Shown: piece by piece, positions 51,224-57,813 of the stretch
Position numbering within the stretch: position 1 is the first letter of the stretch
Layout: each line of letters starts with the position of its first letter
IMG/VR virus record: IMGVR_UViG_3300014494_000005
Coordinates: 186,001-250,000 of that record
DNA length: 64,000 bases
Strand: one strand, 5' to 3'
The notes under the pieces: generated by a model
The model's database searches: none
Told to the model about the DNA's origin: nothing
The model's input: only the letters and a program-made list of their open reading frames with translations
Position numbers and translations under genes: made by a program

Positions 51224-51838
51224 TTAGCAATAAGGAATATTTTGAATCTTATCATTCATTTCTCTTGTACGGATATCCAATTTAGTTTCTGTTCCAATAA
51301 AGTCTGCAGTATATTCCCTAATAAATAACATTTGTATTTTTTGTGGTGCTTTTTTGAATGCAATAAATTCTATTTCATCACCGTCTTCAGTAGATAATGT
51401 AACATTTATATCATTCCAATTTAATGAGTTAAACCATGATTCACCATATGGTGCAACATCATTACCACCCTTATCATAAAAACCATCTTTACTAATTGAA
51501 ATATTATCGCTATCGAAATTTAAATAAAATATAATTGGTTTTTTTTGTAGGTCATAAGTATATTGAATTTTCAAGTAATATTCAATTGTAAGTTTATTTG
51601 CATCATCTAAATCCTCGTCCCAATTTCCACCAATACGAGCATCAGCAACTTCTACAATTTTTATTTTATTTTTTTTACTTAAAAGTGAATCACAAATAAA
51701 TTGTTTTTGCATATCTTCATTTTTTAGCAAAGTAATGTCTTCCTGTCCTTTAAGATGTTCATCATTACCTAAAAAATCGAATTCTGTAATTACTTCATTA
51801 ATTATTTTTATGATTTTTTTATTCTTCATCAAAATCAT
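51224..51838 (-). CDS. Hypothetical protein
   Basis: IIKIINE N-terminus; phage motif at 51844-51852. Confidence 0.55.
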   Translation of the reverse strand: MILMKNKKIIKIINEVITEFDFLGNDEHLKGQEDITLLKNEDMQKQFICDSLLSKKNKIKIVEVADARIGGNWDEDLDDANKLTIEYYLKIQYTYDLQKKPIIFYLNFDSDNISISKDGFYDKGGNDVAPYGESWFNSLNWNDINVTLSTEDGDEIEFIAFKKAPQKIQMLFIREYTADFIGTETKLDIRTREMNDKIQNIPYC

Positions 51839-51929
51839 TTTTTTATAAATACTAAATATATTATTTAAAAGTTGATGAATATCATCAAAAATATTGAAAT
51901 TATATTTACAATCTATGTATTTATGAACA

Positions 51930-52080
51930 GAGAATCATTGCTTAATTAGTAATTAAGTTAGCTCTGAGAACAGGAATGATTTTTAAAAATTTATTGCCAG
52001 AAAGTGGTTATGTAAATTTTTAAGACTTGACTAAGAATTTTAAAAGTAATTGCATCACAATAAAAGTGATGCAATTTTTT
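51930..52080 (+). ncRNA. Candidate structured small RNA
   Basis: GTATTTATG at 51917-51925, nested hairpins, terminator at 52048-52080, no substantial ORF. Confidence 0.35.
52048..52080 (+). terminator. Intrinsic terminator
   Basis: aattgcatcac-aataaaa-gtgatgcaatt-tttt. Confidence 0.8.
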
Positions 52081-52103
52081 ATAAAAATATTTTTCAATTT
52101 TTA

Positions 52104-52134
52104 TTTGTATTTATAATTTTATTGCATATATTTG
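52104..52134 (+). promoter_or_regulatory. Bacteroidota primary-sigma promoter for tRNA operon 1
   Basis: TTTG (52104-07) -N19- TATATTTG (52127-34), exact consensus spacing. Confidence 0.85.
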
Positions 52135-52171
52135 TAGTCATTTTGTTATTCATATTATGGATTTTTAGATT

Positions 52172-52246
52172 ATGAAAAATTTAATACATATTCAACCCCA
52201 ACCACAGCAACATCCACAGATGTCTGAATGGGGAAATTATGCTTAA
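52172..52246 (+). CDS. Attenuator leader peptide 1, MKNLIHIQPQPQQHPQMSEWGNYA
   Basis: 10 of 11 consecutive codons are His/Gln/Pro; contains antiterminator strand GAATGGGG (52226-33). Confidence 0.85.
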   Translation: MKNLIHIQPQPQQHPQMSEWGNYA

Positions 52247-52277
52247 ATTTTTCGAAAGAAGTTTTAGGTTAATGTTG

Positions 52278-52305
52278 ACCCCATTCGTAAGAGTGGGGTT
52301 TTTTT
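52278..52305 (+). terminator. Attenuator terminator 1
   Basis: accccattc-gtaa-gagtggggt-tttttt; its 5' arm CCCCATTC is complementary to 52226-52233. Confidence 0.9.
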
Positions 52306-52316
52306 ATTATATATAT

Positions 52317-52401
52317 CGGGGTGTAGGTCTGTAGTTGGTAGCAGTCCTGCCTTGGAAGCAGGTGGAGAAATCCCTCGCACGTTCGAACCGTGTCACCCCG
52401 A
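52317..52401 (+). tRNA. tRNA-Pro(TGG) with long variable arm
   Basis: cggggtg/caccccg acceptor; cctgc-CTTGGAA-gcagg; gga-gaaa-tcc variable hairpin; TTCGAAC T loop. Confidence 0.9.
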
Positions 52402-52473
52402 AGTGATTGATGTTAAATTACTTGCACGTAGTAATCACTGCATAACCAAAAGGTTAACTAAAAATTTAGCAAA

Positions 52474-52484
52474 GTTCTTTGAAA
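52474..52484 (+). promoter_or_regulatory. boxA-like antitermination motif GTTCTTTGAAA
   Basis: Resembles rRNA-operon boxA; preceded by small hairpins; similar motifs at 54522 and 57995. Confidence 0.5.
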
Positions 52485-52511
52485 TACCTAATAATAATAT
52501 ATAATTTATAT

Positions 52512-52585
52512 GGGATGATTGGTGTAGCGGTAGCATGCCAGATTGTGGTTCTGTCGGGGAGGTTTCAAATACCTCATCACCCCCA
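52512..52585 (+). tRNA. tRNA-His(GTG)
   Basis: Encoded G-1 opposite C73; TTGTGGT anticodon loop; gaggt-TTCAAAT-acctc T arm. Confidence 0.88.
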
Positions 52586-52642
52586 AATTCTCTAGTGATG
52601 TAATTAATATATTGCTGGTTTGAATATATTGAAACAATAAAT

Positions 52643-52729
52643 TGTTCTGTGATGAAATTGGCTAAACATGTCAGACTTTGACTCTGATGCTCTTTAGTGA
52701 GTTTGTAAGTTCGAATCTTACCAGAACAG
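52643..52729 (+). tRNA. tRNA-Gln(TTG) with long variable arm
   Basis: tgttctg/cagaaca acceptor, G73; tcaga-CTTTGAC-tctga; gctc-tttagt-gagt variable hairpin. Confidence 0.9.
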
Positions 52730-52778
52730 CAATATTAATTTTTTTAATTATCTTTGTTAAAATTTTAAATTAATTATT

Positions 52779-53732
52779 ATGTCATATAATTTATTTCTTG
52801 ATGACTTCCGCAGTCCTATCGATTCTTTTTATTATTTAGGGAATCCAATATATAATATTCTTGATTGGAAAATTGTACGAAATTATGATGAATTTGTGAA
52901 AACGATTCAAGAAAATGGTATTCCAGAAACTATTAGTTTTGACCATGATTTGGAAAATTCTGAAGAGTGGATGGATATTATTGGATATGAAGGAATTTAC
53001 ATGGTTTCAAATTTTGGTCGTATTTTAAGAACAAAAAAATCAAAAGGTACAACAGGTAATAATATTTTAACTCCATTAAAAAACATATCTGGATTATATG
53101 TAACATTATATAATTGCGGTAAAAATATACACAAAAAAATTCATAGATTAGTTTTAGAATCATTTATGGGTATTAATAATGAAAAATCACAAGTTAATCA
53201 TATTGATGGAAATAGATGGAATAATCATATTAATAATTTAGAGTGGTGTACATCATCTGAAAATATATGGCATTCACATAATGTATTATATAGAGATTTT
53301 TCTGCATATGGTGAAAACCATAAAAATAGTATGACAGTATCTCAATATGATATAAATAATAATCTAATTAATATTTATGGTTCAGTTAATGAAGCAGGAA
53401 GGCAATTAAATATTAGTTTTTCGAACATTGCAAAATGTGCTAGAGGTGAAAGAAAAATTGCTGGTGGATTTATTTGGAAATATGAAAATCTCAAAGTAAC
53501 AATAAATACAAAAATTTCACACATTGAATATAAAGATTATGCTAAGAATTTCTTTATACCTAAATATGAAGAAAAAACTGGTTATCATTGTGCTAAATGG
53601 TTAATAGATTATTGCATTGACAATAAATTAGAATTACCAAAAACAATTTTAATACACTCAATGAATCCAGTTGGAAGTCGAAATATTAAATCATTATTTG
53701 ATAGTTATTTCAAATCACTTAATTTATCTTAA
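52779..53732 (+). CDS. Cyclic-phosphate-processing receiver-like (cREC) protein with an in-frame NUMOD4-HNH endonuclease insert
   Basis: LFLDDFR..ISFDHDL N-half and EEKTGYHCAKWL..HSMNPVG C-half flank EEWMDIIGYEGIYMVSNFGR (NUMOD4), VNHIDGNRWNNHINNLEW (HNH) and a NUMOD1-like end. Confidence 0.7.
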   Translation: MSYNLFLDDFRSPIDSFYYLGNPIYNILDWKIVRNYDEFVKTIQENGIPETISFDHDLENSEEWMDIIGYEGIYMVSNFGRILRTKKSKGTTGNNILTPLKNISGLYVTLYNCGKNIHKKIHRLVLESFMGINNEKSQVNHIDGNRWNNHINNLEWCTSSENIWHSHNVLYRDFSAYGENHKNSMTVSQYDINNNLINIYGSVNEAGRQLNISFSNIAKCARGERKIAGGFIWKYENLKVTINTKISHIEYKDYAKNFFIPKYEEKTGYHCAKWLIDYCIDNKLELPKTILIHSMNPVGSRNIKSLFDSYFKSLNLS

Positions 53733-53735
53733 TTT

Positions 53736-54152
53736 TTATTTAACCCAAAATTTTCCTAATAATGTAATAATTGTGATTAGTATTGATATTCCCGCAACAA
53801 TGTATGCAATCATAGCATTTCCACCTGCTTTTATATTTTCAGATTTTTCGACTTTAATTGTAAGTGCATCAATTTTATCATTAGCATTTTTTAACAATAC
53901 TTCTGTCTCAATACGTGGCATTAATGTTCTCGACTGGTCACCAAGTTGTGCACGAAATTCATTAACACATTCAAAACGTTTTTCTGTTGCAACCTCTGCC
54001 TTATTAACAGCTAATTCCATTGCTTGATACCTTTGAGTTACACGTTCGTCTCTTTCAGCAAGCAATATTTTATAATGTTCATATTGATTTTTTAATACAA
54101 CATCATAATGCTCTTTAAGAGCTTCAAGCGTCCAAATTGTGTTATTTTCCAT
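53736..54152 (-). CDS. Coiled-coil protein with C-terminal TM helix (holin-like?)
   Basis: Long coiled coil ending in a hydrophobic helix. Confidence 0.5.
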   Translation of the reverse strand: MENNTIWTLEALKEHYDVVLKNQYEHYKILLAERDERVTQRYQAMELAVNKAEVATEKRFECVNEFRAQLGDQSRTLMPRIETEVLLKNANDKIDALTIKVEKSENIKAGGNAMIAYIVAGISILITIITLLGKFWVK

Positions 54153-54250
54153 TAATTTATTAGTGTTAGATATTTATTAGCCATTTAATGTTAATAAATA
54201 CTTTTTAGAACGTCTAAAAATATTGTATATAAAAAATAATTTAAAAAAAG

Positions 54251-54281
54251 TTTGTATATATTGTAACATTTTATATCTTTG
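54251..54281 (+). promoter_or_regulatory. Bacteroidota primary-sigma promoter for tRNA operon 2
   Basis: TTTG (54251-54) -N19- TATCTTTG (54274-81), followed by CA. Confidence 0.85.
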
Positions 54282-54321
54282 CAACGTATTTAGAATAAAA
54301 GAAACTATTTTTAATTTTAAA

Positions 54322-54414
54322 ATGATGAAAAAAGTACTCGACATATTGGTATCAGAGATGGCAGTTGTCCTATTATGGGCAGATGCAGAAGATACATTAT
54401 ATTCAGTCGGGTAA
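54322..54414 (+). CDS. Attenuator leader peptide 2, MMKKVLDILVSEMAVVLLWADAEDTLYSVG
   Basis: Codons cover every anticodon of the downstream operon; contains antiterminator strand CAGTCGGG (54404-11). Confidence 0.85.
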   Translation: MMKKVLDILVSEMAVVLLWADAEDTLYSVG

Positions 54415-54450
54415 TATTTATTACAAATAACACCTCCTTTCTTAAATGAA

Positions 54451-54486
54451 AAATCCCGACTGCTAAAATGGTCGGGATTTTTTTTT
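54451..54486 (+). terminator. Attenuator terminator 2
   Basis: aaatcccgac-tgctaaaatg-gtcgggattt plus T run; CCCGACTG (54455-62) is complementary to 54404-54411. Confidence 0.9.
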
Positions 54487-54490
54487 AGAA

Positions 54491-54520
54491 TTTGTAACAA
54501 ATAAAATTTTTCTTTGTATA
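54491..54520 (+). promoter_or_regulatory. Variant phage promoter TTTGTAACA-N15-TGTATA just after the attenuator
   Basis: One mismatch to the motif seen exactly at four other sites. Confidence 0.45.
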
Positions 54521-54521
54521 C

Positions 54522-54534
54522 TGTTCTTTGACAT
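54522..54534 (+). promoter_or_regulatory. boxA-like motif TGTTCTTTGACAT
   Basis: Resembles rRNA-operon boxA; 12 nt before the first tRNA. Confidence 0.55.
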
Positions 54535-54545
54535 GTTGGAAATTC

Positions 54546-54615
54546 GTTCTCGTAGTATAATGGTTAGTATGTATCACTGTCTATGATAAGGAGGGGTTCG
54601 AATCCCACGGGGACG
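54546..54615 (+). tRNA. tRNA-Asp(GTC)
   Basis: gttctcg/cggggac acceptor, G73; tatca-CTGTCTA-tgata; T stem imperfect. Confidence 0.85.
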
Positions 54616-54686
54616 GCAATGATTATTAATGTGTTATAATAATTATCTGTTATATTAAATTATATTAAAAATGAAATAATTAATTT

Positions 54687-54770
54687 GCTGCATTATACAA
54701 GTGGTTAAAGTGGCTTGCCCTTCAAGCAAGTGCCGAAAGGCTTCGCAGGATTCGAATTCCTCATGCAGTA
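54687..54770 (+). tRNA. tRNA-Glu(TTC) with C33 and long variable arm
   Basis: gctgcat/atgcagt acceptor; cttgc-CCTTCAA-gcaag; gcc-gaaa-ggc variable hairpin. Confidence 0.8.
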
Positions 54771-54797
54771 CTGAAATATAAATTTAAAATTTAAATT

Positions 54798-55187
54798 ATG
54801 AAAAATTTGTATATTAATGCAACTCACAGTACACCCGCAGTTTTTTTTAATATTAATAAAGGTATTCTTACAATAACAGGAAAATCATTTCCTGAGAATT
54901 CCTCAATGTTTTTTGATGATATTGATAAAGCATTAGATGAATTTATTAAAGAACATTCTAATGTTGATTTAACAATTACTTGTGAATTTGAATATATTAA
55001 TTCATTATCAAATAAAGCAGTTTTTAATATATTAGAAAAAGCAGCAAAATCTCTTAATAATGTTATAGTTGTTTGGAAATATGAAGAAAACGATGAAGAT
55101 ATGAAAGAGCAGGGAGAATTTTTTGAAACATCTTTTAAAACTAAAATTCATTTTCATTATAAACATTTTTTAATACAACCAGAATGA
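54798..55187 (+). CDS. SiaC-family (DUF1987) regulatory phosphoprotein
   Basis: T.STP.V.F....G.L.I.GKSFPEN...F; EYINSLS; VWKYEENDEDM.E.GE.F. Confidence 0.8.
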   Translation: MKNLYINATHSTPAVFFNINKGILTITGKSFPENSSMFFDDIDKALDEFIKEHSNVDLTITCEFEYINSLSNKAVFNILEKAAKSLNNVIVVWKYEENDEDMKEQGEFFETSFKTKIHFHYKHFLIQPE

Positions 55188-55192
55188 TAAAT

Positions 55193-55265
55193 GCTCGGTT
55201 CGTCTAATGGTTAGGACAAAAGATTCTCATTCTTTTAAATATGTTTTCGATTAACATACCGAGTA
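55193..55265 (+). tRNA. tRNA-Glu(CTC)
   Basis: gctcggt/accgagt acceptor; aaaga-TTCTCAT-tcttt; atgtt-TTCGATT-aacat. Confidence 0.88.
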
Positions 55266-55343
55266 CAGAAATAAATATGATGTTGGAAATACTAACATTA
55301 TCATATAAAATTTGATTTAATGCTGGCTTTTATCAACAAATAT

Positions 55344-55418
55344 ATTCCCTTAACTCAGATGGGTCAGAGTGTTTGCCTTACAAGCAAAATGTCGTAGGTT
55401 CGAAGCCTACAGGGAATA
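55344..55418 (+). tRNA. tRNA-Val(TAC)
   Basis: attccct/agggaat acceptor; tttgc-CTTACAA-gcaaa; canonical cloverleaf. Confidence 0.95.
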
Positions 55419-55503
55419 CAAAAGATTGTAGTGCCAAATACAATCATAATATCGCCTTAATTACCGATATTTAATATTTATCGGTTAAAAAGGTGATACC
55501 TTT

Positions 55504-55591
55504 CTCTCAGTGTTGTAACTGGTAGCCAAGCTGGTTTAAGAAACCAGTGCGAAATAATAGTAGCGTGTCGGTTCGAGTCCGACTTGAGAGA
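55504..55591 (+). tRNA. tRNA-Leu(AAG), A34, long variable arm
   Basis: ctctcag/ttgagag acceptor, A73; ctggt-TTAAGAA-accag places AAG at 34-36. Confidence 0.8.
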
Positions 55592-55599
55592 CAATAAAC

Positions 55600-55674
55600 G
55601 TGAATGTAGCCAAATGGTTAATAGGCAATCGATTTAGACTCGAAAATTTGCTGGTTCGACTCCAGTCATTCACA
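55600..55674 (+). tRNA. tRNA-Leu(TAG) with short variable loop
   Basis: gtgaatg/cattcac acceptor; tcga-TTTAGAC-tcga; ~5-nt variable region. Confidence 0.8.
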
Positions 55675-55740
55675 CAAAGATATTTTTTAAAAAACAATAA
55701 TCTTTCCTAATATTTCATGTATTTATATTAAATATAATAT

Positions 55741-56469
55741 ATGAAATATACAAAAGAATTTTTAGAACCAATTGTTCTTAAAAGCAAAGCAATTAGTGAA
55801 GTATTACGTTATTTAAAATTAAATGCTAATGGTGGTAATCATGCACATATTTCAAAAACCATAAAAAAATATAATATTGATACATCACATTTTCTTGGAC
55901 AAAGTTGGAATAGAGGTAAATCGCCACGAAATAGACATACCATAGAAAGTTTCATTAAACTTGTTTTAAAATTAAATGGTATGGGATGGCAAAGTCATCA
56001 AATAAAATTAAAATTATTTGAATTAAATTTAAAAGAAAGAAAATGTGGAATTTGTGGACAAAATGAAATATGGAATAATAATAAACTTGGTTTAGAGTTA
56101 GACCATATTAATGGAATACACAATGATAATAGATTAGAAAATTTAAGAATTTTATGTCCAAATTGTCATTCACAAATGCCAACACAAGGTGTTAGAAATA
56201 TTCATAATGGAAAAATAATTAACATTAAAGTTCATAAAGAAAAAATAATAAAAAATAAAATAATTAATATTTGTAATTGTGGTAAAAAAATAAAAAATAA
56301 TTCTAAAACATGTGTTAATTGCTATTCATTAAAACAAAGAAAAGTTAATAGACCATCATTTGAAACACTTCAAGAAGAAGTTAAAACATTAGGATATACT
56401 GGAACTGGAAGAAAATATGGTGTGAGTGATAATACGATAAGAAAATGGATTAAATTTTACACGAAATAA
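55741..56469 (+). CDS. HNH homing endonuclease inside the tRNA array
   Basis: CGICG...LELDHINGIHNDNRLENLRILCPNCH; C-terminal HTH; GTATTTATA at 55719. Confidence 0.9.
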   Translation: MKYTKEFLEPIVLKSKAISEVLRYLKLNANGGNHAHISKTIKKYNIDTSHFLGQSWNRGKSPRNRHTIESFIKLVLKLNGMGWQSHQIKLKLFELNLKERKCGICGQNEIWNNNKLGLELDHINGIHNDNRLENLRILCPNCHSQMPTQGVRNIHNGKIINIKVHKEKIIKNKIINICNCGKKIKNNSKTCVNCYSLKQRKVNRPSFETLQEEVKTLGYTGTGRKYGVSDNTIRKWIKFYTK

Positions 56470-56472
56470 AAT

Positions 56473-56548
56473 GGGGTATGGGACTGCTAGGGTTGGTCAT
56501 CTCGTCTGCACCGAGAAAATCAGGAGGATTCGAATTCCTCATGCTCCA
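56473..56548 (+). tRNA. tRNA-Ala(TGC) with C33
   Basis: ggggtat/atgctcc acceptor with G3:U70 and A73; tctcg-TCTGCAC-cgaga. Confidence 0.85.
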
Positions 56549-56587
56549 CATTATCAAATAGTTATATAGATAATCACAATAAAATAT

Positions 56588-56661
56588 GGCACAGTACTCC
56601 AATTGGTAGAGAGAAACGGCTTAAACCCGTTAAAGTGTGAATTCGAATTTCACTTGTGCTA
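56588..56661 (+). tRNA. tRNA-Leu(TAA) with short variable loop
   Basis: ggcacag/ttgtgct acceptor; aacgg-CTTAAAC-ccgtt; 5-nt variable region. Confidence 0.82.
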
Positions 56662-56683
56662 CAAAATAAATTAATTATAATAT

Positions 56684-56755
56684 ACGTCTGTCGTCTAATG
56701 GTTAAGATAACGGCTTCCAACCCCGTGGATGAGGTTTCGATTACTTCCAGACGTG
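56684..56755 (+). tRNA. tRNA-Trp(CCA)
   Basis: A1-U72 and G73; acggc-TTCCAAC-cccgt with a 31-39 mismatch. Confidence 0.82.
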
Positions 56756-56821
56756 CTAAAATAAAAAATAAATATTATATTATTTGCATATATTTATATA
56801 ATAAACTAAATTTGTCAAATT

Positions 56822-57550
56822 ATGTTAATAATAAATTACAATAAAAAAGATTATTACGATGGTGTTGTTGGTACGATGGGTATCGATAAAACACTTGTTT
56901 ATGACCGTAAAATAATTGAGGTTGAAGAAAAAAAAATTCCATCAATATTTCAAAGAAAGGGATTTTCTTGGAAAAAAAGTAAAGATTCACCTTTTTTAAA
57001 TATTGAAAATCATACAATAAAAAATGAACAACATAAAAATTATCAAAATTGTAGTTCTTTTATTATTGGATTTTGTGGAAAACTATATATTGGTTGGAAA
57101 TTATATAGCGAAAACAGAAAAGTTTATCCAGAAAAACTTACAACTACAATTACATATGATTTTGATTTAATAAAAACAATTATTGATAATAAAGGTTGGT
57201 ATGGAAACCTTGAAGAGCAGTATAATTATATTAAAAATTATAATTCACTTCAATTATTTAGAGATTTTAAAGCACCTGTTTTTATTTATGATAGTGATTA
57301 TAATAGAATAAATATTGGTCATTATCATAAACGTAATGAAAAACTTTTTATTAATCCAATTTTAAGCGATTATCATTTTTATAAAATATTTGATAGTTTT
57401 CAAGCATTTCAAGAAATAAGTATGTTTATGGGTGGTGTGCTTGGTAAAGGCGAAAAAGAAATTATTGAAGTGGCTGATAAATATAAAATTACTCAACATG
57501 GTTTTGATTATAAATGGAGTTTTAGAAAAAAATCTGAAAAGAATAAATGA
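56822..57550 (+). CDS. Hypothetical protein
   Basis: 242-aa ORF within the tRNA operon. Confidence 0.6.
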   Translation: MLIINYNKKDYYDGVVGTMGIDKTLVYDRKIIEVEEKKIPSIFQRKGFSWKKSKDSPFLNIENHTIKNEQHKNYQNCSSFIIGFCGKLYIGWKLYSENRKVYPEKLTTTITYDFDLIKTIIDNKGWYGNLEEQYNYIKNYNSLQLFRDFKAPVFIYDSDYNRINIGHYHKRNEKLFINPILSDYHFYKIFDSFQAFQEISMFMGGVLGKGEKEIIEVADKYKITQHGFDYKWSFRKKSEKNK

Positions 57551-57813
57551 AACAAGAATTGCATAAAATATTTATAATTCCTGCTCGATTTATTAAACAA
57601 ACTAAAGATAATAAATATGTTATTCGATGTCTAATTGAAAAAAATATTACTGAAGACCGTATATTTGATGATAATTCACTTAAAGGATTAATAAATCCTA
57701 AGTATTTATTAATCGGAATAATGACAGGAGTTGGATATATGCAAATAAATTTTGTTGATGCTAATGATTATGAAAAAATGTTTAATGTAAAATGGAAAAT
57801 TTTAGTAAAATAA
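57547..57813 (+). CDS. Hypothetical protein
   Basis: ATGA-type overlap with the previous gene. Confidence 0.5.
   Translation: MKQELHKIFIIPARFIKQTKDNKYVIRCLIEKNITEDRIFDDNSLKGLINPKYLLIGIMTGVGYMQINFVDANDYEKMFNVKWKILVK

Noticed and set aside
51930-51985. Hammerhead ribozyme in the three-way junction
   Set aside because: The core CUGAnGA and GAAA elements are not present in the right places
52609-52735. Upstream ATATTGCTG pairing with the tRNA-Gln 3' end as a regulatory switch
   Set aside because: Only 9 AT-rich base pairs, and no equivalent seen at the other tRNAs; too weak to support
54223-54414. 63-aa ORF as given in the track
   Set aside because: Its ATG lies upstream of the promoter at 54251-54281; the translated leader more likely starts at 54322 or 54325
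54687-54770. Reading this long-arm tRNA as Sec/opal (UCA is present in the loop)
   Set aside because: The perfect 5-bp stem puts UUC at 34-36; the acceptor is 7 bp rather than 8; TGA is used as a stop; leader 2 has a GAA codon that fits Glu
56473-56548. tRNA-Cys(GCA)
   Set aside because: That register breaks the stem; G3:U70 and A73 identify Ala
56684-56755. tRNA-Gly(TCC)
   Set aside because: D-arm register and stem pairing place CCA at 34-36; A1-U72 and G73 fit Trp; leader 2 has TGG
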